Of a stretch of 64,000 bases of DNA, positions 30,924 to 41,446 are shown piece after piece. Numbering within the stretch: the first letter of the stretch is position 1; each line of letters starts with the position of its first letter. Where the stretch lies: NCBI GenBank assembly GCA_040217195.1, contig JAVJNR010000002.1, positions 192,001 through 256,000 on the forward strand. Reading direction: 5' to 3'. The position numbers were made by a program, and so were the translations under genes. Below the pieces are notes generated by a model. It did not search any database. It saw only the letters and a list, made by a program, of their open reading frames with translations, and was not told the origin of the DNA. Source of the stretch: Leptospiraceae bacterium (GTDB taxonomy: Bacteria > Spirochaetota > Leptospiria > Leptospirales > Leptonemataceae).

Positions 30924-32117
30924 TTGCGAAAATGCAGCTTGCTACTGCTTTCGCTAGTATTTTTGCCGGGACTAATATCTCCGCTAATGGCGGAGGAAAA
31001 GCCTGATCGGGCGAAGCCGGCTACGGAGGAATCTGAAAAGAGCGAAAAGCCAGCCACGACTACCGAAGAATCCAAAAAGAAACCATCGGAGAAAGAGACC
31101 AAAAAGGATCCGAAAAAGCAGGCCAGGCGGGAAGAGGAGCTACAACTTCTGAAGCAGCAGATGCTCTATGCGCCCTCCACTGAACGAAGACAGGCCATCC
31201 ACCAGGTGGAGCGCCTGGAAGAAGAATCGGAACAGAAATATTTCCTGGATACCTTGCGAAAGCTGGCTCTGGAAGACATGGATCCTCTGGTGCGCGAAGC
31301 ATCCGTTCGACTACTGGCAGATATTAAAGACAGTGGTTCGGGGCCCACTTTTCTGAAAGCCCTGGAAGATGATATGCGTCCTGTCATGCGTGAAGCCCTG
31401 AGAGGGATTGGTCGAATTGAGCTCAAGACAGCAGATACCAGGATTTTTGAATTACTAAAGAAGGAAGAATTCAAAGAGAACGATAACGTCACCGTGGGAA
31501 TGATTCGCACCCTGGCAGAACTGGAAAGTCAGATTGCAGCGGATTTTCTTGCCGAGGTCTATGCCAGAGATGATACAAATCTTGAGATTCAGCGAGCCAT
31601 CCTGCTTTACTACGGAAATGCAGAAATTGAAGCTAAAAAGAAATGGCTCACAGATATTCTAACAGATAAAAACGAAGATATTGTGTCCAGGTCCTATGCA
31701 GCAAATGCGCTGGGTAAAATCAAATCCACAGAATCCATTGAACCCTTGAAAGGGGTACTCAAAGAGATTCGAGATTTGCGAAGTAGCAGAGAACGAGCCA
31801 GACACAATTCATTGAAGCAACAGGCCATTCTGGCTTTGATTCGCCTGGATGACAAATCCATCCTTCCAGAGCTTAAAGCGGCCGCTCTGGATGACGATGC
31901 ATCTGTAAGACTTCGGGCTGTGAAGCAAATCGGGCAGCTGAAGATTACAGAATTTCGGGATATGCTGGAATACAAGGCCAAGCATGAGCCCAGTCGATCG
32001 GTGAAAAAGGCCGCTCAGGAAGCTCTGGATATCATGGATGGTAAAAAAGAAGCGGAGGGCGACGAGGATTCTCCGGAAGTAAGCAGCGAAGAGGAGAAGC
32101 CGGCTCCCGCTGAGTAG
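30924..32117 (+). CDS. Exported HEAT-repeat protein
   Basis: Hydrophobic signal, Lys/Glu linker, repeats such as DPLVREAS, RSYAANALG, ASVRLRAV; start uncertain. Confidence 0.8.
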   Translation: MRKCSLLLLSLVFLPGLISPLMAEEKPDRAKPATEESEKSEKPATTTEESKKKPSEKETKKDPKKQARREEELQLLKQQMLYAPSTERRQAIHQVERLEEESEQKYFLDTLRKLALEDMDPLVREASVRLLADIKDSGSGPTFLKALEDDMRPVMREALRGIGRIELKTADTRIFELLKKEEFKENDNVTVGMIRTLAELESQIAADFLAEVYARDDTNLEIQRAILLYYGNAEIEAKKKWLTDILTDKNEDIVSRSYAANALGKIKSTESIEPLKGVLKEIRDLRSSRERARHNSLKQQAILALIRLDDKSILPELKAAALDDDASVRLRAVKQIGQLKITEFRDMLEYKAKHEPSRSVKKAAQEALDIMDGKKEAEGDEDSPEVSSEEEKPAPAE

Positions 32118-32197
32118 CAGCCAACACCGGGCTATCTGCTTGTTCCGTGAAATCTGATACAGGATTCTACCGAAAACTCTTTCACCGGGCCATTTGA

Positions 32198-33004
32198 ATG
32201 CGATACAGGATTATCCTATTTTTAGTTTCCTCTGCCATGAGCCTGGCTGGCCTGGACGCTCGCATTCCTCAGACCATGGCCGAGTATCGGGCCCTCATGG
32301 GTAGCGGCCGGTCCGTGACAATGAATCTTCGATTTCGCGGAATTAAAACCGTGGATACTGGTAAAGCCATTGAAGATCGCTTCTTGTTTAGCAGCAGGGA
32401 TGGAGTTACTTTCTATATCAAGCTGGACTGGAATCATCAACTTGCTCTGGATCAAGTGCGAAGCGGCAACGAACTGGCCCCCTTTCGATACAATCTGGTC
32501 TATGAGCTTGGCATTAGTTTTGAGCATCAAACAGATCGTGGTCTGCTCATAGTTAGAGCAACTCCGGCAGAGGTCTGGGAACTTCGCCTGGCCCGGGAAA
32601 TTCCACCGTATACCGGAGATATAACTGAGCAGGATTTAAGAATTCGTGAGCTGATTCAAAAAATTCGTCAAAACGAGCAGCCTCCTGGAGAGTATAAGCT
32701 ATTCTTTTCCCGGAGGGAATCTTTACATCTGGTCTTCTACGATATGGAAGGCCAGGAAGTTCGCTTCCAGTATAGACGGGACCGCTGGGAAATGAAGGAG
32801 TTAAAGAAGGTTCGATTCCTGATTCCTGGTGCAGCCTACCTGGTGAAAGGCCCCCTTCGAGGTCTGGTACTTGATGAAAAGAGCATACCGGTAACAGATC
32901 AAAGATTCATGGAAGCGCTTCAAGATCGTAGCATTGAGGAATTCTATCTCTGGTTTGATTTTGAATCGGCGGAGCCTCTGCGAACCGAGCAAATCCTGTA
33001 CTAG
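32198..33004 (+). CDS. Exported hypothetical protein
   Basis: 268-aa ORF with signal peptide. Confidence 0.7.
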   Translation: MRYRIILFLVSSAMSLAGLDARIPQTMAEYRALMGSGRSVTMNLRFRGIKTVDTGKAIEDRFLFSSRDGVTFYIKLDWNHQLALDQVRSGNELAPFRYNLVYELGISFEHQTDRGLLIVRATPAEVWELRLAREIPPYTGDITEQDLRIRELIQKIRQNEQPPGEYKLFFSRRESLHLVFYDMEGQEVRFQYRRDRWEMKELKKVRFLIPGAAYLVKGPLRGLVLDEKSIPVTDQRFMEALQDRSIEEFYLWFDFESAEPLRTEQILY

Positions 33005-33006
33005 GG

Positions 33007-33588
33007 GTGGATATGCCTTGTTGCTTGAGCAAAACGGAACATTTGCATTTCACGTTTCAGCCACTTTCCGTGCCGGGGCAACAGTTCCAGGCCTCTTGCC
33101 TGGGGTTGGCTCTGCTTGTTTTTGCCTTGCTCTGGCCCAATCGTCTGTATGCTGAAGTAGAGCTAATTTCAGAAGGTCAGAAGTTTTCTCACTATCGGTT
33201 CTATTTTCAGTTTGAAGCTCCAATGACCTTGCAGTATAGAATTTCGCCCTATGGAAACTCTAAATTGCTCCAGGCCTGGGATTCTGCCCAGACACTGGTA
33301 ATTGTATCGCGTACTTTGAGACTTACCGAGGAAGTGCCTTCCGGACAATTCCTGAAACCTCCCGGTTGCGCCGAACTACCGGATTTCAAAAAACAAAATG
33401 GGTCTGTTCGGTGCGAATCCGTTGAGGATGGTGTGCCTCTAATTCGATTGATTCGATGGGAAAATACGGCCGGTCTTATGCATCTATTCGCCGCCACGGT
33501 GCAAAAAGAAGACCGTTCCATTCTGGATAGTCTGGAGCAAAGCCTGCAGCCCCAGCCAGCATTCTATTATCCGGACGATGGGCTCTAG
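33007..33588 (+). CDS. Hypothetical protein, probably exported
   Basis: ORF with hydrophobic segment ending LYA-E; real start probably downstream of 33007. Confidence 0.55.
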   Translation: MDMPCCLSKTEHLHFTFQPLSVPGQQFQASCLGLALLVFALLWPNRLYAEVELISEGQKFSHYRFYFQFEAPMTLQYRISPYGNSKLLQAWDSAQTLVIVSRTLRLTEEVPSGQFLKPPGCAELPDFKKQNGSVRCESVEDGVPLIRLIRWENTAGLMHLFAATVQKEDRSILDSLEQSLQPQPAFYYPDDGL

Positions 33589-33669
33589 GACAATTCCGGT
33601 TCAGTGGAACCCTGAAAATCCGTTTGTTTCTGTCTTGCTTTCAAGAGAGGCCTTGCTTTCCTGGAGGAG

Positions 33670-34845
33670 ATGTCCACCAGCAACGACATATATGAATTTA
33701 GAAACCGGGAAGAATTGCTCAAAAGCGCCCGGGAGCTGAAAGAAGACTTCCAACAGCGATGGCAAAAAAATGGAATCGAGGGTCAGCTTGCAGAAATGCA
33801 GGACATGGAAGACCTTATGACTCAGCCGGATTTCTGGGATGATCCGGATAAGGCCCGTGAAATGTCGCAGCGAAAATCTGCCCTGGAAAAAAAGCTAATT
33901 CCCTGGAAAGATCTGAATCGCGACCTGGAGGACTTCCCTGATCTGGTAGAACTGACCATGGAAGAGATGGATGACCAGGAGGCGGCCCTGCAGCAGCTCT
34001 CCAGAGAGTACGCTGGCATAGAAGAACGATTCGAAGATGTGCAACTTGCGGAAGCACTGCTGGGAAAAGATGATCAACTAAATGCAATTGTAACCATTTC
34101 ATCCGGTGCCGGTGGAACGGAAAGCCAGGACTGGGCACAGATGCTGCTTCGTATGTACACTCGCTGGTTTGATCGAAAAGGCTTTGGATACGAAACCCTG
34201 GATCTGCAGGATGGAGAAGAGGCCGGCATTAAAAGTGCATCCCTTCTGGTAAAAGGAGAGTCTGCCTTTGGATATTTGAAATCTGAAAACGGCGTCCACC
34301 GATTGGTTCGAATCTCCCCCTTTGACTCAAACAAAAGAAGACATACATCTTTTGCTTCGGTTCATGTGGCTCCAGAAATCGACGATGAGATCGAAGTAAA
34401 CGTTGAAGAAAAGGATTTAAGGGTGGATACGTACCGCGCCAGTGGGGCCGGCGGTCAGCATATCAATAAAACGGACTCAGCGATTCGGATTACTCATATT
34501 CCTACCGGAGTGGTGGTTCAGTGCCAGCAGGAGCGCTCACAACATAAGAACCGAGACAAAGCAATGAAGATGCTTCGCTCCCGGTTATACGAGCTGGAAA
34601 GAGAAAAGAGGGAAGAAGATGCTGAAAGTAGATCCGGGGAAAAAAGAGATGTTTCCTGGGGAAATCAGATTCGCAGCTACGTATTTCATCCATACAAAAT
34701 GGTTAAAGATCTGCGAACCGGCTTCGAGACTTCGGATCCGGATTCCATAATGAACGGCGAGCTGGAAGACATGGTAAAATCCTATCTGAAGGGTGTTGCC
34801 AGCGGCGGAGATCTTAAAGTGACTGTGAATCCAGATATAGAATAA
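33670..34845 (+). CDS. prfB: Peptide chain release factor 2 (single frame, no frameshift)
   Basis: GAGGTESQDWA, RISPF (SPF), GAGGQHINKT, WGNQIRSY. Confidence 0.98.
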   Translation: MSTSNDIYEFRNREELLKSARELKEDFQQRWQKNGIEGQLAEMQDMEDLMTQPDFWDDPDKAREMSQRKSALEKKLIPWKDLNRDLEDFPDLVELTMEEMDDQEAALQQLSREYAGIEERFEDVQLAEALLGKDDQLNAIVTISSGAGGTESQDWAQMLLRMYTRWFDRKGFGYETLDLQDGEEAGIKSASLLVKGESAFGYLKSENGVHRLVRISPFDSNKRRHTSFASVHVAPEIDDEIEVNVEEKDLRVDTYRASGAGGQHINKTDSAIRITHIPTGVVVQCQQERSQHKNRDKAMKMLRSRLYELEREKREEDAESRSGEKRDVSWGNQIRSYVFHPYKMVKDLRTGFETSDPDSIMNGELEDMVKSYLKGVASGGDLKVTVNPDIE

Positions 34846-36652
34846 TCTTATTCACTCTTTCGATGGGAGTCCCGGGCGGAGGCTCCTGTTTGAATACTGT
34901 ACCGCTTCCGCTAAACTGCACTGACTTTTTGTAATCCTTTCCAATTAACTCCAGAGCCTGTATGGCGCTCATTCCACGAAAGTCAGCCAGTTTATCAGGT
35001 GAGGTGGACCTGGGATGACCGGGACTGGTTTCAAATCGATGAGCCTTGTAGGTTTTTCGCGGAGCTCGGATGATTGGCAGAATGCTTTCCACAAATTTTT
35101 TGAATACCGGTGCCGCCAGCGAGCCACCAGCCCAGCGGCCGGAAACATCGTCATAAAGAATTAGCCCAATGTATTCCGGATTCTCCGCCGGAAACATTCC
35201 GATGAAGGAAACTGCATATCGGTCGGAGTAACCGGAAGCGGAAGATTTCTGACCGGTTCCTGTTTTGCCTATGATGTCTAGCTCCTGCATATCGGCGGCT
35301 CGACCGGTGCCCGATTTAACCACAAGTCTCATCATGGCCCGGACGCGGGCAAGTTGCTCTGGCTGAAACGGTGTAATGTCCACTGCAGTTTTGCTTTCTT
35401 CAACAGAACGGCCATCTTCGGTGACGATTCGTTTTACAATTCTGGGATGCACCAGGCTGCCATCGCTACCGATTACACTGGCTGCTCGAAGTAGCTGTAT
35501 TGGAGTGACGCTAAATCCCTGTCCGATGGGATAATAGAAGCGCGTACTATCAACCCAGTTTTCTGGTGCAGGCAGATAGCCTTCTGTTTCGCCCGAGCCT
35601 TCCGGGAGAATACCGGTGCGTTCTCCCAGGCCCAGGGCTTTCATCTTGCGGTATAGTTCTTCCCGTGGCACGTCCTTCATCGCCTTGATCATTCCGACGT
35701 TGCAGGATTCCCGGATGATTTCTTCCAGCGTTAATGAACCGTGGGCAAAGGTATGCCCTCTTCGAAGACAGCGAACGCTTCCAGTTTCGAAATCATATTT
35801 ACCGTTGCACTGGTAGCGTTTTCCAGGTTCATATCCTTTGCTGCTAAGGAGAATGGCAGTCATTAGAACCTTTACTGTGGATCCTGGCTCATAGTTCAGT
35901 CGGATGGCCCAGTTTCCTCTTTCGTTTGCAGAGTATCGATTGTAGCGATTGGGATCAAAGTCTGGTAGATTGGCCATTGCCAGAATCTCACCTGTAGGTA
36001 TATGCATGAACAGACCTACGGCTCTTTTCGCATCCGACTTTTCGAATCCTTCCTCCAGTGCTTTTTCCAGGCGAAATTGAATCAGGCTGTCTATTGTAAG
36101 ATAAAGCGACGGTCCTCTGGGTTCTCCATAAGACTCCAGAAGTACATCGTTGTAATCTCTTTCTATGCCTTCCAGTGCACTGGATGCATCCTGGCCTACA
36201 AAGCCCAGGAGGTTTGCGGCCAGATCTGCAGAAGGATATACGCGACGGTATTCAAAGTCTCGATGGACTCCAGGAATCTGCAGCTCCATAAGTCGTTCGG
36301 CTGCAAAGTTATCCACCTGTCTTTCCAGAAGGAAATATTTACGGTCGCGATAAAGATAGAAGCGCCGCAGGATCTCTGCCTCTTCCATGTCAATGAATCG
36401 AGCTACCTGGGTTGCCGTAAACTCTGGATCCACCACCTCTTCAGGCGCTATGCCTATGGTGCTGGCCTCTTCCGTTAATGCCAGGGTAATGCCCCGGCGA
36501 TCCAGTATGGGGCCCCGGACCGTTTCCAGGCTGGAGCTTTCCCGCCAGCCCCGGCCTTCCCAGACTAGAAAGGCTACTCGACCAAGAACGATGCCCAGAG
36601 CCAGACTGACAAAAACAGCAAACAGGGTAATCCTGAACTGAGCCCGTTCCAT
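34814..36652 (-). CDS. Class B penicillin-binding protein (FtsI-like transpeptidase) with PASTA domain
   Basis: RGPILDRRG, EPGSTVK (SxxK), SCN (SxN), KTGT; C-terminal PASTA-like segment. Confidence 0.92.
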   Translation of the reverse strand: MERAQFRITLFAVFVSLALGIVLGRVAFLVWEGRGWRESSSLETVRGPILDRRGITLALTEEASTIGIAPEEVVDPEFTATQVARFIDMEEAEILRRFYLYRDRKYFLLERQVDNFAAERLMELQIPGVHRDFEYRRVYPSADLAANLLGFVGQDASSALEGIERDYNDVLLESYGEPRGPSLYLTIDSLIQFRLEKALEEGFEKSDAKRAVGLFMHIPTGEILAMANLPDFDPNRYNRYSANERGNWAIRLNYEPGSTVKVLMTAILLSSKGYEPGKRYQCNGKYDFETGSVRCLRRGHTFAHGSLTLEEIIRESCNVGMIKAMKDVPREELYRKMKALGLGERTGILPEGSGETEGYLPAPENWVDSTRFYYPIGQGFSVTPIQLLRAASVIGSDGSLVHPRIVKRIVTEDGRSVEESKTAVDITPFQPEQLARVRAMMRLVVKSGTGRAADMQELDIIGKTGTGQKSSASGYSDRYAVSFIGMFPAENPEYIGLILYDDVSGRWAGGSLAAPVFKKFVESILPIIRAPRKTYKAHRFETSPGHPRSTSPDKLADFRGMSAIQALELIGKDYKKSVQFSGSGTVFKQEPPPGTPIERVNKIILYLDSQSL

Positions 36653-36703
36653 AGGTCCAGGCTGACATCCGGCTGAAATTTGGGTACAAAATTTCCAGTT
36701 CGC

Positions 36704-37567
36704 TCAGCGGGAATCGTTATTGATGGCGAAACCAACAATGTAAGACACAGGGATGAAACCTACGATTCTGGAGTCCCTGGAATGGGATCGGTTATCGCCC
36801 AGGACCAAAATACTATTTTCGGGCACAATGCCGGTCCGGGGAAGACCGTTCATCGCAGCATACAGAGCCTCAACGCCCAGTTTTCGAACTTCCGGGCTCA
36901 CTGCCAGAAGCGGTGGCTGATAGCCCTCCGGATAGGGTTCCGTGCCCGGAGGTTGAAAGACGAAGTTCCCGGATTGATCATAGGATTCGGGTTTGCCATT
37001 TACAAGCAGACTTCCTTTTTCAAATACATAGCGGTCACCAGGTAACGCCACAATTCGCTTGATCCAGAGTGGATTATTACAGCTTCCTTCGACCGGATAC
37101 CGGTACACAACGATCTGTCCTCGCTCGATTTCGGGAGAAAGGATAGGAATTCGAATGGAAAGAGGAAAGGAGAGATCCAGGACTCCGGCTTTTCGAATCC
37201 AGAAAGAGTCATTTTCTGTCAAAGTGGGCTGCATGCTGGGTCCAGCCACACTGACTCTCTCCAGAAACAAGGAGCGAACGTGCAATGCCAGGGTTCCCAG
37301 GATTAATGCCCCGAGGATGATTGTCCGGCCTGGAAAGTGGATCAGCCTGTCAGCAGAAGGCCTTATTGGATGAAAGAGAAAACAAAGACCAATTCCAGCA
37401 CAGATTATTACGCTGCTGAGCACGATAAGGCCAGGACAGCCTCCCGATCTGACTGTTTCAGGATCCGAGCCCAATAACTGAATTATCTCGTTGGCCGTAA
37501 ACAATGCTGCGTAGAGATATATAGGAAGGAATGAAAATGGTTTTACAGAGAAACCGACAGGCCACAC
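36704..37567 (-). CDS. lepB: Signal peptidase I
   Basis: GPSMQPTL, IKRIVALPGD, LGDNR..SRDSR; start uncertain because the ORF-track start overlaps the divergent gene. Confidence 0.88.
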   Translation of the reverse strand: MWPVGFSVKPFSFLPIYLYAALFTANEIIQLLGSDPETVRSGGCPGLIVLSSVIICAGIGLCFLFHPIRPSADRLIHFPGRTIILGALILGTLALHVRSLFLERVSVAGPSMQPTLTENDSFWIRKAGVLDLSFPLSIRIPILSPEIERGQIVVYRYPVEGSCNNPLWIKRIVALPGDRYVFEKGSLLVNGKPESYDQSGNFVFQPPGTEPYPEGYQPPLLAVSPEVRKLGVEALYAAMNGLPRTGIVPENSILVLGDNRSHSRDSRIVGFIPVSYIVGFAINNDSR

Positions 37568-37607
37568 CTTGCCCCGATCCACTTGTTTTTCCCGATCCAA
37601 ACGGTTC

Positions 37608-39584
37608 ATGTCATCCGAAGAAAACGTACTAGAATCTGAATTATCCAGACTGGAACTTGGCGCACTCAAGCGAGTCGCTCAAGTCTGGAATGTACCCAAA
37701 CTGGGCAAAGATAAAAAGACGGTCATCAAGAATATCATCCAGACAATGCAGGATGATTTCTACCTGAAAGGCGTACTGGAAAAGCTCAGCGCCACCCAGG
37801 TAACAATATACACATCCCTGCTCAAGAGCAAGACCAAAGTCCTGACTCTTGGAGAGATTTCGCGAAAAATCTCCATGCCTCCTGTAAATGCGGAAATGGA
37901 GCTGGGTGTATTAAAGCGATACTTCCTGGTTTATCAAAGAAAGAATCGCGAGCGTTTGACCAACAACCTGGACCGATATTACTATTATCCAGAAAGCGGT
38001 GATCGGGTTCTAATGGAGACCAATGAAAAGGGTCTCAAATTTAAGCCTTCTTTGCCGCAGATCCTGCAAAGCCGTGATGTACTATCGCCTACCTGGAAAA
38101 AGGTACTCGGTAACCAGTCCGTTACCCGAACCACGGAAAAAGAGAACCTGGATGAGATTATAGATCAGCTTTCCGAGCTCGATAGAAATGTATTGCTCGA
38201 GTGCTTCCTTCAGGGCGGAATTCTGGAAATCTCCCGGGCTCGTGAGTTTATCGCAGAGAAGAAAGGTAAATGGGAGCAGGTTGTGGCCAGCCTCCATGAA
38301 CTGGGTCTACTAATCGATGACTACTATATAGATGAGCGATTTGTTCGTCTTCTGGTTTGCCCTCTGGAAGTGTTTGAGTATCTTCAGGATTATCCTCTGG
38401 TTCCTCAAACCAAGCGCGGTACTCGTAAGAGGCAGGAAAAGGTAGTTAGCAACGATCTGGACTTTTACACAAACATTAAGAAGATGATTGTGTACATAAG
38501 TCGAAAAGGTCTGAACCTGGCCAAGTCTGGCAAGATCAAGCAGGTGGATTTAAAAGAAACCGAAAACAGGCTTCTGCGTCCGGACATTTCACTCTTTCTG
38601 GAAAAAAGTCAGATCTATCAAATCGAATTACTGCTTCCTGTAATGCGCCTCCTGGACATCGTCCGGGTTAAGAAAGACGATGCAGTTCTAAGAAATAACT
38701 ACGAAGAAGTTCTAAAGAAAGACCTGTTCGAATTGATGAAGCAGGTTATTCAGGAAATCGGCCAATCCAGGAACCGGGTGGTACGATACGAAGATGTATT
38801 CGAATCCCTGTACGTTCCCTTTTTCCTGAAACCAGTCTTTGATGAATGTGTGGAGTTTGTCAAGAAGCGAAACAAAGTGATGTACACTGTTGTCATGGCT
38901 TCTCTCATTCGCGAAAAGCTGGTTCTGTCCAAGAAGTTCAAGATCAAAGATTTCCAGCAGGACCTGGCTGAACTGCGAAAAGAGCTCACTTCTGCGCTAT
39001 TTTTCCTTCAATTGCTGGGTCTTATCCGCGTGGAATATCCGGATCGTTGGATTGAAATCTCTGCCCTGGGAAGCTATTATTTTAACGCTGAGCCGCTCAA
39101 GCAGGAAGATGATGCAGGCGGTGTTATCATTAACCCGGACCTGAGCTTGATTGCCATTCCAGAGCATATGACCCTTGAGAGTCTATCCCTGCTCAAGATG
39201 TTCGCCGAACTGAAGACCTTCGACAATGTGTATACTTTTCAGATCACTCGGGAATCCTTTCAGGAAGGACTATTGCTTCGGGCCAGGAAAGAAGACTTTC
39301 TGGATTTTCTCAACCGAGCCTCTCAGAACGATCTACCGCAGAACCTGCTGTTCTCCATCGAAGACTGGTCCAGCAATCTACCTCTAGTCACTATCACAGA
39401 TGAATGTGTTGTGGTGCAAACCGAAGACCCCAACCATATGGAGCTTCTCCTGGGCCAGATTAGTGGAAAGAAAATTGTGCTGCAGAAGATCAGCCCGACC
39501 ACCATTCTAATTGACCCGGAAAAGATTTACGAAACCATCAGTTACTCGGAGAAATTGAATCTAATCGTGAAGCTCATTCGCTAG
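37608..39584 (+). CDS. Helicase-associated (Helicase_C_3/XPB N-terminal-like) domain protein
   Basis: IINPDLSL..FAE..VYTFQITRES..FL..LPQNL..IEDW C-terminal pattern; no Walker motifs. Confidence 0.75.
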   Translation: MSSEENVLESELSRLELGALKRVAQVWNVPKLGKDKKTVIKNIIQTMQDDFYLKGVLEKLSATQVTIYTSLLKSKTKVLTLGEISRKISMPPVNAEMELGVLKRYFLVYQRKNRERLTNNLDRYYYYPESGDRVLMETNEKGLKFKPSLPQILQSRDVLSPTWKKVLGNQSVTRTTEKENLDEIIDQLSELDRNVLLECFLQGGILEISRAREFIAEKKGKWEQVVASLHELGLLIDDYYIDERFVRLLVCPLEVFEYLQDYPLVPQTKRGTRKRQEKVVSNDLDFYTNIKKMIVYISRKGLNLAKSGKIKQVDLKETENRLLRPDISLFLEKSQIYQIELLLPVMRLLDIVRVKKDDAVLRNNYEEVLKKDLFELMKQVIQEIGQSRNRVVRYEDVFESLYVPFFLKPVFDECVEFVKKRNKVMYTVVMASLIREKLVLSKKFKIKDFQQDLAELRKELTSALFFLQLLGLIRVEYPDRWIEISALGSYYFNAEPLKQEDDAGGVIINPDLSLIAIPEHMTLESLSLLKMFAELKTFDNVYTFQITRESFQEGLLLRARKEDFLDFLNRASQNDLPQNLLFSIEDWSSNLPLVTITDECVVVQTEDPNHMELLLGQISGKKIVLQKISPTTILIDPEKIYETISYSEKLNLIVKLIR

Positions 39585-39626
39585 AAACTGCCTTGAACTG
39601 GCTGGAGCAACACTGACGGTACCAGT

Positions 39627-40190
39627 ATGAATAAAAACATGAGAAAAGGATTCCTGAAAAGGTCACTGGTTGGGTTCATTTCTCTGTTTTGTATTTCCGT
39701 TGTCCTGTCTGCGATTTCCTCTTGCGATCAGAGTAGCAATGAGATTCGCACTGGAAATGTACGAATCGTTGAAGGCGGTCAGAGGTTTCCTCTAGAGATT
39801 CCGCCTGAATTCAAGTATCCTGGAGCTGAAATGGTTTTCTCTTCCAGCTTCGAAGGCAGTAGCTTTTGGACCAGACCTGAAACCACAGCAAGTCTTCGAA
39901 GTGCTGATTCGCTAAATGCTGTAGCAAACTACTATCAAGCATCTATCGAACAGAGTGGATGGACTATCATTCAGAGTCGAAGGAACTCTGACGCTGTTCT
40001 CTATATGGCTGAATCCGGTTATAAGAACCTGCTGACAATCATCATTAGACCCGAACTGTCAGGCAATGATGAGTCCAGCAGCCAGGAAAGTCCGAATCCG
40101 GAAGACTCCCCGGCTCCAGATGAGCTGGCCAGCGAGACTCCAGGACCAACGCTTGTGAAACTGTATCTCAAGCAAAGCGGTGCTGAATAG
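39627..40190 (+). CDS. Putative lipoprotein
   Basis: Lipobox-like AISSC; P.YPGA and YYQ...GW motifs. Confidence 0.72.
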   Translation: MNKNMRKGFLKRSLVGFISLFCISVVLSAISSCDQSSNEIRTGNVRIVEGGQRFPLEIPPEFKYPGAEMVFSSSFEGSSFWTRPETTASLRSADSLNAVANYYQASIEQSGWTIIQSRRNSDAVLYMAESGYKNLLTIIIRPELSGNDESSSQESPNPEDSPAPDELASETPGPTLVKLYLKQSGAE

Positions 40191-40249
40191 AATAGTTTGA
40201 TTGTTTCTGATTCGGTCCCGGCCGTGCGGGCCACAGGCTGCGCAAAACG

Positions 40250-41446
40250 ATGCAAGACCCAACCAAAGAAAGGCAGATTCGCACCGTTCCCAGATCGGTG
40301 ATTATGCCCTATCTGGGAGGTCTGATTATCGTAGGGTCGGCCCTTCTCGTTTTGATAGTTTATCGCTCCTATGCCTGGTCAGGCTTTCTAGCACTTCTAT
40401 TCTATGCAGGTTTCCATAAACCGCATCACTGGGTTCTTCAGAAGGTTGGCCAGCGCAGGACACTTGGGGCCAGTATCTCTACCCTGGTCGTAATGGCCGT
40501 GCTGGTAGGTCCGGTGTCTATACTGACCAGACTCCTGATCGTTCAGGCCATCGATTTACTGAATGGAATAAAGGCATTTCTGATTTCGGACTGGGCCCTG
40601 GAGCTGGCGTATCGCTTTCCGGGCATTGTATCCTGGATTACCGAAGATCCATTCTTCTGGGTAGAGCTGGAAGCTACCTATATTCAAATCCTGGATGAAT
40701 ACAGTACCTATCTGGATCCAGACCGCATTGGCAATCTGGTAGGAGGAGCGTACTCCTTTGTTCTGGGTGGAATGTCTTTTACACTTGGATTCGCGGTTAA
40801 CCTGGTCTTCGGATTTATTCTTTTGTTCTTTTTATTCAAGGATGCTCCGCTCTTTTCTCGCGGCCTTGAATCCGCTCTTCCATTCCCGCCTTCCATGCTT
40901 CGCAGTTTCGTAGATCGAATGAAGGCTACCATCAGCGCTGTACTGGTTGGAAATGTATTTATCTCTATATTGCAGGGATTCGCTCTCGGTATCGGATTTG
41001 CGATCTGTGGAGTGCCCAATGCATTGCTCTATGGTAGCATAGCCATCGTATTTTCTATAATTCCGGTCATAGGCACTTCGCCGGTATGGTTGCCAGCGTC
41101 GCTCTACCTTGCATTTATTGAAGAAAGCTACGGCCTGGCGATTTTTCTGGCTCTATACGGGCTGGGTATGTTTCTGTTTCTGGAGAATATTTTGAAGCCC
41201 AAGATTCTGGATCGCAGGCTGGGCATTCATCCAATGTTTCTTTTCTTTTCTATTATTGGCGGACTGAAGGAATTCGGAATTACAGGTATCTTTCTTGGTC
41301 CACTATTTGTGGCTTTATTCGTAACTCTCTGGAAGATCTATCATATCTGGGATACTACCGAAGACGAGGAACGCAAGCTGGAAGAAGTTGGAAAGGATCC
41401 AGCGAAAGAAGAGGCAGCCAGCCTGGAAGAGGCCAAAGATGGATAA
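40250..41446 (+). CDS. AI-2E family transporter (PerM/YdiK-like)
   Basis: FFLFKD, SIIPVIGT, ENILKPKI, IHP..GG..FG..GIFLGP. Confidence 0.92.
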   Translation: MQDPTKERQIRTVPRSVIMPYLGGLIIVGSALLVLIVYRSYAWSGFLALLFYAGFHKPHHWVLQKVGQRRTLGASISTLVVMAVLVGPVSILTRLLIVQAIDLLNGIKAFLISDWALELAYRFPGIVSWITEDPFFWVELEATYIQILDEYSTYLDPDRIGNLVGGAYSFVLGGMSFTLGFAVNLVFGFILLFFLFKDAPLFSRGLESALPFPPSMLRSFVDRMKATISAVLVGNVFISILQGFALGIGFAICGVPNALLYGSIAIVFSIIPVIGTSPVWLPASLYLAFIEESYGLAIFLALYGLGMFLFLENILKPKILDRRLGIHPMFLFFSIIGGLKEFGITGIFLGPLFVALFVTLWKIYHIWDTTEDEERKLEEVGKDPAKEEAASLEEAKDG

